Shown in pieces: positions 1-13,571 of a DNA stretch of 64,000 bases; within the stretch, counting starts at the first letter, position 1, and each line of letters begins with the position of its first letter. The stretch comes from Geosiphon pyriformis uo1 (Eukaryota; Fungi; Glomeromycota), in contig JAAOMT010000752.1 in assembly GCA_016748015.1 (NCBI GenBank), forward strand, positions 194,976 through 258,975. Reading direction: 5' to 3'. The translations under genes were made by a program, and so were the position numbers. The notes beneath the pieces were generated by a model. That model was not told the DNA's origin, searched no databases, and worked only from the letters and a program-made list of their open reading frames with translations.

Positions 1-3000
1 CTATATACAATATTAAAGATATGAATAATATAACTAAACAAAAGAATATTGTTTATTGGCATATAAAATCTAATTATATAGTATTTATTATTACAAAAAT
101 AAAGCTGAGATTTAACATTAAATTATAGATTGCAAATAAGTTTGATAAAGTTTAGATTTTTACATTTGGTTAAAACAAGAGTTTTTTGGTGATAGTATAA
201 TTATAATTGTAAATATTTTTCTGGTTTATTATGTTTTAAAGATTAAAAAAGTCTCTGGTTAGCTAATCAGTTGGTTTTTGTTTATTTGCTTTTTAAAAAT
301 AAATTTTTGGTTATGATTTTGGGTTTGTTGCTTTTGCTAAAGCAAAAGCTGCACTAGTTTTAAAAGTAAATATTATTATTGTTAATATAGTAAATTCTAG
401 TTTATTTGTAATCTTGAAAAAAAATTTTAATAAGAATAATTTTAAAAAAGTTTGAATTACAAAAAGTGTATAGATTTGAATCTGATTAATGTTTTTTGAA
501 GTTTTTTTTTGGTTAAGACATTTATATAGAGCAATTTAAAAAAGATTAAAAAATTATTAATTTTGTCTTTTATAAGTAATAATTTGTTGTTTTTATTGAC
601 TGGTTAGATAGTTGAAAATGTTTCAGAATTCTTTAATACAAATTATAAAGTTGTTTTATTTTTGGTAAAACTGGTAGTTTATTAAATACTCACATGAATA
701 ATGTTTACAAACAGACTAACAAAAATTATTAAAAATTTATGATTAAAGATGCTGATAGTATTAAATAAATTAGTTTTCAAAACTTTTTTGCAGCCAGACT
801 TTTATTAATAATTAATAAATTTAATAATATAAAAGAGAGGGATAATTTGGATATAATGTAAAGACTTTTAAAAAATTTGATATTGAAATTAACAGACAAA
901 CTATTTTTTAAACAATAGTATAGTAAAGCCAAATATTTTTCTATTAAACAATTATTAAGATTTTTCAGATTAAAATTATTGGTTGCCAAAGTAATAAAGA
1001 CTCTAAAATTAGGTAATATGTTTAGAACTAATTTTTTTTGCATGTTTAATTAGTTATTAATAATATCAATACTTCTAAAATATAAACATTAATTTATAGT
1101 AATGCTAAATTAATTAAAATTTTTGGCTACTTGTTAAAAATCCAAAAAAATTATTATAAGTCGAAAATATGTAAATCAAGATTATTAAAACATCTGTTAT
1201 CAAGTATCTAATTAAAAAAAAAATAGTTCAAATAAGAGCTATATGATCAAAAGTATATTGAAAAAACTATTTTATAAGATAATGTTAAATTATTTAGTAG
1301 TTGATAAAGAACTGATTTTAAAATTTAAAAATATTAAGATTAAGATTAATATTATTATAGAAAGTTAAACCAGAAAGCAAGTGGTTTCTAAATTATTGTC
1401 TGAATTTTGAGCTAATTAATATGTTTTTTTAAGTTATATAAATAATAGTGCTTTTTTAAATATTATAAATGTTATTGGTTTTGAGAAATTGATTTAAGTA
1501 ATCAGAATTTTATTAAACAAAAGATTGTAAATTTAAATAATATTTCAAATAAATTATAAAAACATTATAATAATAAGATTTTTAAGTGTTTTTTAGTTTT
1601 TTTAAACTTATGTCTAATTTTGGATATAATTTTAATTTTGTGAAAAAAAGCATGAGTTTTGATAATACCTAAACTTTATAAATAGAATAAGGTTTTAATA
1701 AATATTTAGTTTATTACTCTAATTGAAGCAGTTAAGAAAATTCTTTTTAAAATTTTTTTAAATTAAATTTCATTTGCTTATAACAGATTTAGTGTTTTTT
1801 GTAAAGATAATTTTTTTGTTTTAAAAGATATTTTAATACAGTTTTCTATTTTTGCTGTTGGTTCAATAATTAAAAATACTTTAAAAAAGAACAGAAAATT
1901 TTGATTGGTTTTGTAAAATATACACAAAATATATAATTTTGTTAAATAATATTATTTGAAAACTAGTTTGCAGTATATTAAGATATATAAAAATTTATTA
2001 GTTTTTTGGTGGCATTTATAAGAACAAAATAAATAAAATAATAAAAAATTTTGGTTTTATAAATTAATATTAAATATATAATAAATTAAATTAAAGTAAG
2101 ATATTCTCTTTTTTTTTAAAAAAAATCTTTTATAATCTTCTTTTATGTAAGATTAAGAGACAAAAGCATTTATATAGATACCAAATTAATATCAAGTTTA
2201 TGGCCAAAACAAACAAAATAAAGATTAAGAAAAAAAAACTTTTTTTTTTACAGCTGATATTTTTGTTGATATTACTATTTAAATTAAAAATAGTTAAACT
2301 TTTATACAATACATATTAGATATTACCAGTAAATTTTTTTTGATTAATAATATCTTAATTAAAAATAATAAGACTATGACTATTTTTATCAATTAAAAAG
2401 TTAAGAATGTTTCTTTAAGAATTAGTAATTTGCCAATTTTAATTGCCAAAAATAGTGTGCTGTACAAATATTTAAAAATTTTTTATTAACAAATAAATTG
2501 TTTAAGCAGTTTTTTTTAAATATAGTATTAAAAAAAACTTTATATATAAACAGTTTTGTATTTAATTTTGACTGTTTTGCAATTTATAATTAGTTATTAA
2601 TCACAGTTCAGTTTTATTTTTTTGAAGTTTGCTGTTAATAAATAGTCTTAATTATAAAGAATTTTAAGATAAAAACTAACTTATTTTATGATTTTCTTAA
2701 TAAGACACTGCATTATTCTTTGTTGTATAGTCTAAAAACTTTCAAACAAATTTAAACTAAAGAAAAAATTATGTTAACTATTGTTTTTGCAAATATTATT
2801 GGTATTTTTGATTAGCTTTTTAATTACAGATTTTTGGATTTTTAAATTCTGAGCTAGATCTTTTTAAATCTTTTACAGTATTTAATCAAGTTGCAAATTA
2901 GCTCTTTCACAATTTTTTGGCTAAAATAGTACATATTTTTTTAAACAATGGTTTTTTATTAATGAATAATTTGCTTTGTGCATTTCTCAATCTTAACAAG

Positions 3001-4443
3001 TTTTTTATATTAAGTGTTTTAAGAGTTTTATTGTATTTTAATAAGATTGGTTCTTTGAAAAAATTTGGTGTAGCTTTTTATAACAAGTTTTTAAATAAAT
3101 AGGGCAGGATCATAGATTAGAAAACTTTTTGTTATTGAAAAATATTAGATCTTAAAAAGTCTTTATCTTTTTGGTTTGTGTTAACATTAGAGTTTTTATA
3201 TGATATTAATTTTGTATTAATTTCTTCTGGTGTAATTTTTGAATTAACAAGTAGTAATATTTTATTAATAAATAAGTTTTTAATTTTAAAAAAATATTTG
3301 CATAAAATTTGGTCAAATATAATTAATGTATATACTAACAAATCTTTAAAAAATTTGGGTTTTTTTGTTATTACTAATAGAATTGCTGCTTATTTCCAAA
3401 GTAGATTTGAGAGTTAAAATTAAGATTCATAAGTTGTTATCTTTAATACTAACCAAATTATAGGCTGTTGCTCTGTTTTTGAAATGTGTGTCTTTTTTTT
3501 GTATTATAATTGTATACTTAAATAGTTAAGTTGCTATAAATACATATATTTTAGAGTTGAAGTTGTTGGATTCTGATTTTTGCAATTATTGTTAAATAGA
3601 AAAAAACATATTGTAAACTTGATTAGAAATAAGAATATTTTAATGACTTAGTCAAAAATTAATAAACATTTAAGAATTTTGAACAATATTTATGTTAATG
3701 TTTTAACAAATAGAACTGCTTGTTTTTTTTTATTGCTATTTAGCATATTCATAAACACTTTATTAAAGCTAATAATTTAACTATCTCTAATAATGTTCAT
3801 TATTTTGTTTAGAATATATATAGATTGATAAATTGTGTCTGCTAAAAAATTGGATTTGGTTTCAAAATAATAAATAAGTCTTTAATTCAGAAGATTAATT
3901 GGATTCAAATTGCTATAATTTGGCATTTGAGTTCACATATGCTTTTAGACTTTATTAGTAAAGCTTTGGCTAGTTTGCATACATGTTTCATGAAGACAGT
4001 TTATAAGAAACTGTCTGTTATGGTCAGAAAGAGACTTTATAACAGAAGCTATTCAAAGGTTTTGTGTTTGTATTGTGAGAAGATTGAGTTTTTTGATCAT
4101 GTGTTTACATGTTTAAAGGAGACTAATTTTCGCAAAAAAATAGCACTTGACCAGATTGTGGTTTGAAAGTCTTTGATGAGATCATATAGCCTGCCATCTT
4201 CTATAGTACTGGAATTTTTTTTTTATGTTTGTTAAATGTTAGACTATATGTATTTTTTTGCAAAAGCTTCATGCTTAGAAATTGGTACTGTGAGATTGCG
4301 CTGATGTTTAGTAATCAAAAAAAAGCTATTCAGGTTTTGGTTGAGTTTATATGTGGTGTCTCTGATGCTATCGGCCGAGTGGCTGGTCACACTTATTTTA
4401 AAGTCTTGTGTTGTAATGGGCTGCACTCGTTAATTAAAAAAAA
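1..4443 (+). mobile_element. Degenerate non-LTR retrotransposon (LINE) ORF2: APE endonuclease, RT, RNase H and zinc finger; heavily G->A/C->T mutated; cut by the window start
   Basis: Manual translation shows eroded motifs in the expected order. APE: N-terminus near 1-110 and ILKKNFNK (from ILGGDFNE) near 411. RT: IPK...IxLIEAVKKIL near 1664-1745, L*NIHKIYNFV (LQDMRKAYDSV-like) near 1911, and FVDI (FVDD) near 2262. RNase H: VYTNKSLKNLG (VYTDGS) near 3328 and KINKHLRILNN (KVKGHSG..GN) near 3655. Zn finger: CLYCEKIEFFDHVFTC in ORF 3927-4166. A short A-run lies at 4436-4443. Confidence 0.9.
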
Positions 4444-4700
4444 TCATATATTTTGGAAATCAAAAATATGATATTATTTTAAAAATTTTTAAAAATTAAA
4501 CAAATTATATATACATGTATATTATATTATAACGATATTGCAAAATAGTTACAATATAAAATTTAAATAATTTAAATTATGGTCATCTATTCTGTGTGAT
4601 CTATCACCTTTAAGTAATTGCTCAATATGGTAGGTGATGACCCCTCGCGTCTTTCCTTTGAAACTAATCTTACGTCTTTCCTCAAGTTAGATCAAAGAAA

Positions 4701-5919
4701 ATGGTTGGAAAAGTAAAGAAGAAACAAAATATACCGTCAAATGCTTCAAATGGGCAAAACCTACAAAAGGAGCAGCAACCTCGAAAGACAACTCAGCGAG
4801 AAAACGTGTTTTTATTCATACCAAATCTCATAGGTACATTGTCTTTATAGAGTCTGTCCCTAAAAGTTTTCCGGAGGGCTTCTCTTTGAAGAAACCTTTA
4901 TTTCATACCTGTCACTAAAATCAAAATCTGACTTAACTTAGGATACGTGCGAGTCTTATTAGCGATTGCTTCACTATACTATATGCCCTTCGCACCTTGG
5001 ACATGCATGGGCCTTTATATCGTTTCCTGTCTATTGGATGCAGTGGATGGAAATGTTGCAAGATATCTTAATCAATGTTTGTGTTCAATCATGTTTTTGA
5101 GTCTTATCTTAAGGAATACCAAATGGTTCTACTTATTATTAAATATGTATTCATAGGCAGCAAATTTGGTGCAGTGCTTGATATGGTCACTGACAGGTAT
5201 TTCTCATTTTTTCTATTTTACCAAATATTAGGCCATCAATAACTAGTTCATGCATTACAGATCAACAACGTCATGCCTTTTATGTTATCTTGCAGCCCAT
5301 TATTACAATTGGGTTATTATATTTCAACTTTTGATTGCTTTAGATCTTAGCAGTCATTACATGCATATGTACAGGTAAGGAATTAAGCTTAATTTATATC
5401 TCGTGTTTTTGTTATTTGGGTGATTCTAATTTAACCAAAATCTTAAGCTCTTTGACGGCAGGTGCTTCTAGTCATAAACAGATATCCAAAAAATCCAATC
5501 CCTGGCTACGACTTTATTACTCAAATAATGTGATTTTTGTGTTGGCCTTTTTTATTTTTTTTATCTATGTGAAATGAGTAAACAATAACTTTTATTGTTT
5601 AAATCTTTAGTTAGTTCTCTTCACTTTCTGTGCTCTCAATGAGCTGCATTTTGTCGCTTTATATTTTCTGACATTTGAACCTCAATTTGATGGTGAGTCA
5701 TTAATTATCTGCATTAATTTTAAATTTGAAGATTAATAAATTTTGATATTCTATTTAGAGTTGGAAATTAATAGGACGGTTGTTCGCTGGGTTGCCTATC
5801 TATCATTCCCTGTTTGTGCTCTGAAACAAATAATAAATTTTATTCAATTGGCGAACGCGAGTCAAAGTTTGGCTCTATTGGATATTGAGGAACGGAAAAA
5901 AGCACGAAAGAACGCATGA
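4701..5919 (+). CDS. PIS1: CDP-diacylglycerol--inositol 3-phosphatidyltransferase (phosphatidylinositol synthase), multi-exon
   Basis: ATG at 4701. Spliced translation gives ENVFLFIPNLIGYVRV, LLDAVDGNVARYLNQ, FGAVLDMVTDR (CDP-alcohol phosphatidyltransferase motif), LDLSSHYMHMY and GASSHK. GT-AG introns; TGA ends at 5919. Confidence 0.95.
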
Positions 5920-7624
5920 CAAATACTCTGCACAGTTTTCAACATCCCTTTAAATGTATCGTTTATAATCCTTAATATTATGGTTCACATTACCTTTTCC
6001 AATATGGTGTGGTTTTTTTAATGACGAAAAGATCTTGGCCTCATTCAATAGCCGACCAAAGAAACTTCGGCCAACAATATAATAGTCTCCAAAAACATTG
6101 CTACAGACAGATGGAAACAATCTGAATATTGAAAAGCACTATAATACCTTTAATACAGTCCTGACTAGAGGATTAATTCTATTAATACTGTTCTCTAAAT
6201 TGTAAAAGAGAAGGGAAAGCAAAAGGGCGACCCTGTCCATGAAGTATGTGACGCTACTTACAACAAAACACCTCTGAGAAGATTTCATAATTGATTCAAT
6301 GAAACTAAACTTCATTGTGCTCAGCTTGATTCTGAATTTCTCTTGCTGCGTTGACTCGAGCAATTATATATCATATTCTTATGAGCAAACTTCACGAGGG
6401 AAACTTTCTCATGACAATCTCTCTTGACGGAGATTAAAAGTTGACAGCTCATTATCAATAATTTTTATCGTTAAAAGATCCTCAAACAATGAGCTTGGAT
6501 ACGGTACCTCTACCTTGTATCTGGGAACATTGCCGCGTTTTTCGACAATGAGGTATGATGTTGAAGGGAAGGGGTAATCCTCTGATACACATCTATTATA
6601 GTTGTGAACCACGTCCATCACGCATAGTGACCATGATTTCACGGAATTATACTTTCACGTTATTTCCGGCTTTTGTAAAGTCTCATGCCGGAAATCACTG
6701 AAATTTATGTTGAAACCTGCTTGACAAAAAATAATCCCGAAATTAAATTGTCTTCTACCTTTTGATAATTTCCTTTATACACAATGTCGAGCATTATAGT
6801 ATGGAAAAGGTAGAGATTATATGAATCTATTCAAGTACGTTCAAAATTTGCCAAATCCAAGATATAAATATCAGGTGATAAGGAACAAAATTTATTATTA
6901 CCATTCCGTAACTGATCCTTGTTTTCCTAGGCTGAGTTGTATCTGAAATCCTGCATAATCACTATGATAATCTGATTAGCGCCGATTCAACAACCAACCA
7001 ATCAAAATGAGAATTTAAAAAATGCTCATTGGAATTTGTCGTAAATCGGCCTTAATCACTTAAAACTTGTGCCCGAAGCAGTGATGATTAATTCCAAACA
7101 AGGTGTAACATGATACTTTATATAGTAAAAACCACGGAGATATTCTCAAATAAATTTATAAGGAACGCGTTTAAATATGAGTTTCATCAAACAAACATTA
7201 ACAACAACAGAGAATGTTTCTTCCTTAATTGTTATTATTTTCATCATGTAAATATCATCCGTGATTTTTCTTGCTTTTCTGTAAAGCAAAACAACCAAAA
7301 GTTGCTTTACCAATCTCTTTTGCTGTTGAATCCCAAGGTGATTCAATTGTGTGCGCTTTGTGGTGCTGAGACTTTCATTTTTTTGGAATATTGAATTCTT
7401 CACCACTTGATCGACTTGGAGGCTCACTAATCTAGGGGAAATAAGGCGAACCAAAGTAACTGTCAATAATTGTTTCTTTAATTAACAAAAGTTCACCTAC
7501 TAACTTTCTTCCCTCAATTTTGCAACGTCAAGGCTTTATATTTGTAAATGTTAAGTAAATCAATAATTTTATAGTTTAACAAAGAACTTTCAAAAACATA
7601 TTTTTGCCTTAACAGAAAAGAGCC

Positions 7625-9043
7625 ATGATTCACCCTGGATGTGAGGCAACTCCTGCTACGATTTTCTCACTGACAGCCCTGATATGTTTATTTCTTGTGA
7701 ATATCAGTGTTCCAATTACTCAGAAAATTGCCATGTTTGAAATTAGTTTAACAAATAAAGGTGAATTTGTGAGTGGTTTATGGGGTCTATGTACAAAAAA
7801 TGGAAATGAATGCACAAAAGCGAGACTTGGTTTTCAGATCAATAATTCAAATTCTTCAAGTCATTCTTTCCTAGGTTATCTCTTAACCTTTCATATAATC
7901 GGTAAGATTTTTTAGAAAATTAATGCAAAAATCAAATCTGTATTCATCTAAAATATTCGTTTATTTTTTTTAGCATTAGGCCTAGCACTAGCACTTACTT
8001 TTATTGGTGGTTGTGCTCATTCACGCGCCAGACGTGATGGCATACTCATAAGATCTGCAATAAGAATTTCCTTATTGGCTATAATTGTAAATTTGATATC
8101 GTTCATTGCCGACTTGATAATTTATAAAACATTTCAAGATGGTCGGGATGGCCGAGTGAAATTTGGGAATGGAGGATGGTTAATGGTTATCAGCTTGATT
8201 ACAACGATATTCAGCTTTTTCGCTTTTTTTTGGGGACAATGGTTGGTAGAGAAGAGATCTCGTGCATCGGAAGATGGCTCTCAAGATGAAAGTATGGGCA
8301 GTGAGCTTTATCCCGAAAAATTATGGAGAAACGAATACCAGGTGAACTCACCCAATACCATCAAACAACCTGTTGCCGCCTATCCTGATTTCGAAGAGAT
8401 GAGGCTGATGAATGATCAAGCTTTAACACCAAGATATTATCAGCCAATGGATCGTGTTATGAGTAGATACAGAAATTCTTTTCCAGATCCTTATTTTTCT
8501 TATCAAAGAAAAATTAATAGTATGGTACCTCAAGCTTCAATAACTACCAACACAAGTCATCGTCGTCATCCTTTACCAAACAACTTTATTGCATACCCTC
8601 CACATTCTCCTCATCCATTCCAAGAAAATCAAAAGCAAAGCCTAATGTACCCATCAACATCAAAGTCTCCAATATCAGCATATCCAACACAATCATCTTT
8701 TCCAAATTTGTATCCATTATCAGCTAAAACTTCTTTTCCTTATCCTCCGATTGCATCAACATCTAAGAGCAATACTGGATACCCTTTCCCAGCTCGCCGA
8801 AAATCACCTTATCAAAATCAATATTATACATTGTCACAACCTTCATTTCTGAACCATGGAAAGAACTCACCAATATCATCTCTTGAATACGGAACCCGTT
8901 CACAACCTGCCCCTCTTGAACATCAAAAGCCTTTACTCCCACAACCTAAAGACCAACCTCAACAAGATCCGGTAGCGACTCCCCATGAACCAGCAAAAAA
9001 TCCAAAAAATGAAAACGTGGAAGAGAAGCATGAAAAAAAGTAG
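7625..9043 (+). CDS. SUR7/PalI (Rim9)-family membrane protein with a long Pro/Ser/Tyr-rich cytoplasmic tail; intron about 7902-7973
   Basis: An N-terminal TM ending in ISVP, the claudin-like loop motif GLWGLC-x6-CT, three more hydrophobic segments and KFGNGGWL. ORFs 7625-7915 and 8075-9043 join through a GT-AG intron. Confidence 0.8.
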
Positions 9044-9546
9044 CAACAATTTAGAAACTAATCCGTTGATCCACAGAGATAAAAGAGCAAAGCACAACTT
9101 GGGTTTGAAGTTGTCGATTTTATCAGTTAAAAACATTTTTGGATGTCAAGATTAAAACCCTTGTTTATTATTATTGAGGAAGCGTCAACATCCGCACCCA
9201 AAAGCTTTATAAATTAATAAAGAATCCACCAAAATAATCGTATTTATTTAATTTAATTACGGAGCAATAAATACCAAAACTGAAAATGTATAATTAACAA
9301 TTCTGCTCAATTTCATGATATTTATATATAAAAGTGAAGCACTAACAAAAAAAGGAAAAGCTAAAAATCCACAAAATAAAATTGGACACTAGTTATGCTA
9401 GAATTCAGAAATTTAACAAGTCGACACATTTTTCTTCATAAATAATCAAAAAATTGTTTCCGAGTAGTTATAATTTGTTGCGATAGATATTCCATTTAGT
9501 ATAGACTCTCGAGCCCAAATCTAGTTCCTGAAGTATGGGTTTCTCA

Positions 9547-11247
9547 CTAGGCATCCTCAGTCTCTGAGGGTTTCTTTACTTCTGCTTGACGAGATTCAAT
9601 TGTCTCACCCTTGGTGGCATCAATTATACCCTCCTCGATAGTAAGGACCCCAGCTTTGTTAATAATTTCCAAGGCTTTTTCAGCTTCATCGACTGACATT
9701 TTCCCAAGAACTAGGTTGATCTTTTCAAGCTCTTCAGTTTCAAAAGCTTCACGAAGATCTTGAGAAAGGGTCATATATATTTCGTACCTAGCTTTTTCTT
9801 CAGGATCCGTTGAATCCGCCGTTGGAATTTGAATAGTAAGTGAATCATTTTTGCCTACAATCTCAATCTGAATTTGTTCAGCTTGTTTTCCACTAGAAGA
9901 TTGTTTTCTCTCTTCCTCAATTGTCTTACAGCGTTCAGTAATACGCTTATAAGTTTCTTCCACATCTGTATTAAATATTTGGCGTGCTTGTTGTTGAGCT
10001 TGAGGTGAAGTTATCCTAAATTATTAAATTTTATGATGAATAAACCCTACTCAAGTTCACCTAAAAATTATTTCTGATAAAGTTCTTACCTTTGGAAGAA
10101 GAGCCTTACTCCATCTTTGCCTAACTGTTGACAATATTGTAATAACCATGCTTGATGTACACATTGCTTAGCATATTTTGCTTTGCCCTTCATTTGAGCT
10201 TGAAAAGCCTCAGCCAATATTTGATCGACTATTTCTTGATCAACTATTTCCGGATGACTGGAAATGAATCTATAGCTACCCTCGTAGTCTTTAATCTTTG
10301 CAAATTCTTTCGCAACATCAGAGGTGATCGCTTCCTCGTCATCATCTTTATGCCCATTTATCGATGATGATTCCTGATGAATCGAAAAACAATAGGGTGA
10401 ATATAAAAAATTTTAAGTTTGGAGTAATATTCAATATAGAAGAATTACCTTACTCTGATAGCCCTCTATGGGCTTCATTTCAGCACCGGGATTCAAAACT
10501 TCAACAACTTTTTCCGTATTTCTTTTGGATTTTGGGAGTTCTGGCTTATTAACCTTGCTAACAGCCTGTAAAGTTTATCATAATAAATTCTGCGATTAAT
10601 AACCTAGATTTTTAATTAAAATGAAAGGCAGCTCAGAATTTTTGGGCTTTCAGAACTACCGTTTTATTGAATCCATCATGAAGATCATCCATTGTGATTT
10701 TTTTCTTTGCTTCATCCTCTTCCTTTTCCATCTCATTCTGCACTTCCTTTTGTCGCGACTCTAATTTTTTGTGATGCTCCTTTAATTTAATTATCAAGGA
10801 ATCGCCAACCAGCTCCTCACTCTGACTTTTGACCTCGTTTTGAATCTTTTCCAACAAAACCGTCATCATCTCCTCAAAAGTAGGAGGAATGGTGGGTGGA
10901 TGATTTTCTGGTGATGGGTTGCTTTCCCTCAGTTCTTTTTGCTTTTCTTCTTGTTCAGAGCGTAAATTCGCATTTTTTTGGCGTAACTCCTCAACAGTTT
11001 TCAGAAATGCGCCTACGCCTTCAGATTCTATTGTATTAATAATTTGATTAATATGACCGATCAGCACCTCGTTCTGTTCATACTCTTGCTTTAGAGCTTG
11101 AATTTTTTGACGGCGTTCTTCACGTTTTTGGTGAATATCAGCCTGTTTCCAACGAATAAACGAGGCTTTATCTACGTTTGGGTGGCATTCAAAATCCTCG
11201 TCGTCACTAAGTTCAAGTTTATCCCATTTACTATAATCAATCGGCAT
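9547..11247 (-). CDS. CDC37: Hsp90 kinase co-chaperone Cdc37, multi-exon
   Basis: Diagnostic N-terminus [36 protein letters not shown]-terminus [27 protein letters not shown]. Confidence 0.97.
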
Positions 11248-12540
11248 TTTTCCTGCAGGTTTTTCAATTAACTCTTGGCTATCGCGTTAAGATTAGATAT
11301 TTATATTGACCTAATTTCTTGGTTAAAGATGAGACAATTCTAGATCCTTCTATTCCTTTCATTTAGAAACGTCATTTTGCATTTATTGCATATATTCAAA
11401 AATATAAATTACAACTTAATTTTTTTAATTTAAAAAATATTTTATATCCAATTTAAATAATTAAACTTAATTAAATTAGAGATTTTTTTCTAATAAAATT
11501 TAAAACAAATTTTTTGTTTTGTTTATTGTTGGATTATTATTATTATTATTATTGTAAAATAAATAATATAAAAATCATATTAACAATAACTTATGTAAAA
11601 TATTATATTATTTTTGTAATTATAATAATATTTTTAAAATCTACAATTTTCAACAGATAACTTAAGTTATGACTGGTAGCTTGAAATTGAACCTTTCAAT
11701 TATTTTCACAAATTAGTTAAAGATTTACAGAAATAAAAGGTGCGCAATATAGTTATTTGAAATACAACATTACGATACAGATTTAGATTAAATTTCAGTA
11801 GTTATTGAAAAGCCTTGTAGGCTGTGCAAAAGTCAAAAAAATCAGGGCTGATTTTCTTCTTAGCTCAAGATTCCAGGTAACTATTCTTTACAAAAGAGAT
11901 TAACTTATAATGAGATTTTTCACAAAGTTTTTAGGAATTTCAGAAGTCCGATTTATCATTTAGAATAAAATGACTGCAAAATAGAAAGGGGCAGAAGTGT
12001 TAAACATGAAATTGCATTGTGATTTTGACCTTCTTCCAGCTTAAAAATTGCCCATAAAAAAGAAATTCACTCTGTTTTGAGAACCCCTTCTTCATTTTGT
12101 TTATAATCTTCTTCATCCTCAAACTTGTATACACAATTTTATCTTCCAACTTATTAAAACCTCATCATCCTTCTTTGTATTTTGCTATTACTCAGATGCT
12201 GGGGTTGGAGTTAATAAAAATGGTAATATGAATTGTAATATTCGGCAGTACCGATTTCTCAAAGTTTTCGTTGTAAAATATTTTCGATGATATGATTTCA
12301 ATAACCTATTCTGAAATAAAAATGCTGATCAGAACAGATTTTACCACCACGTGCTAAGCAACACCCAATCAAGTTCCTTAACTCTGAATAAACAGCGTAT
12401 ATCATGTACCCTCACTAGCATTTTTTCGTTGAAGGCGTCCCACTGTCTTTTATCACCTAAACTCCTCGCCCTTACCCTTCGAACTGTGTTAACCACTCAA
12501 AAAACTACCTTAAAACCCGTTTCTCGAGCTGCTATTAGAA

Positions 12541-13337
12541 ATGCGACCGTTCGCCGTTCTCTTAATGCTACTCGGCTTAGTTATATTACCTTCACTTTTA
12601 TATTTGAATTACAGAACCTCTCTAAATTCAGAAGATCCACTGCTGCATCCGAAGGAATTTGACCACGCAACAAATTTGTCTTTCAAAAATAATGCTGGGT
12701 CGTTAAGTGCTCATGGAGCTATTATTATGCCAACTTTGGGGAATGCGACTTTGAAGTAAGCCATTTCATCTTCCTTAAAAATTGGGGGTGGTTTTTAATT
12801 GAAGAATTTCATCAATGGAAATACTAAATTTTTCCCCAACCAAATAGAGCTGAGCTTGGACGTAGTACTTGGAAAGTAAGAATCAATTCACCTTAATTAT
12901 TTTGGTCATGAATACAAGTTTTCCCTATCTAAATGCTAAATTTCTTTAGTTGCTTCACACAATGATGGCGCGTTTTCCAGAAGAACCGACTGAAAGTGAA
13001 AAAGACGCGTTAAGAAACTATGTATATTTATTTAGCAGACTTTATCCGTGCGGACAATGGTAAGTTATTTTGGAAAAAACTTTGCTTGAAAATTTAATTT
13101 AACCTATTTATTCGGTTTTTTAAAATTAGTGCTCAAGAATTTCAAAAAATATTGGAAAAATATCCTCCTCAAGTCTCTTCTCGAGAAGCTGCTTCTCAAT
13201 GGATGTGTGCAATTCACAATATCGTGAATAAAAGATTGCATAAGGAGCAATTTGATTGCGGTCAAATAGCTGATAAGTATAAATGCGGTTGTTCTGACGA
13301 TAAAAATTTAGACGATTCTCTCATCAGCAATTCATAA
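12541..13337 (+). CDS. ERV2: FAD-linked sulfhydryl oxidase, Erv2 type, 4 exons
   Basis: N-terminal signal anchor, AELGRSTWKLLHTMMARFP, the YPCGQC redox CxxC split by an intron, CAIHNIVNKRLHK, and a C-terminal CGC shuttle motif. Confidence 0.93.
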
Positions 13338-13571
13338 ATAACAGAGATAAAAGAACTTTCCATTAATTCCAGTGTTTTTTCTGCTGTAACACTGCGTCAA
13401 TTGAATTAATTTATACATGTCGTATTAAGAGCCTTCGCCTTTAATGTTTTTAAGACTGCAATTTAAGGCTGCTTGTCATTACACGAGACTCTAAATCTAT
13501 AAATCTTTGATCATATCAAAGAATTGTTAAGTTATATAAATTTTAAAATTGGGCAGAAGTGTGATTGTCAA

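Noticed and set aside
777-3417. Short ORFs rich in K/N/F/I/L
   Set aside because: By-products of the AT-eroded LINE, not genes.
6139-7466. Short ORFs between PIS1 and the PalI-like gene, and a 9-bp inverted repeat (ATTTCCGGC/GCCGGAAAT near 6662-6696)
   Set aside because: No recognisable motif or consistent splice model; the hairpin is too short to interpret.
11670-11745. B-box-like GGTTCAATTTC on the minus strand, possible tRNA or SINE relic
   Set aside because: No cloverleaf or A-box could be built.
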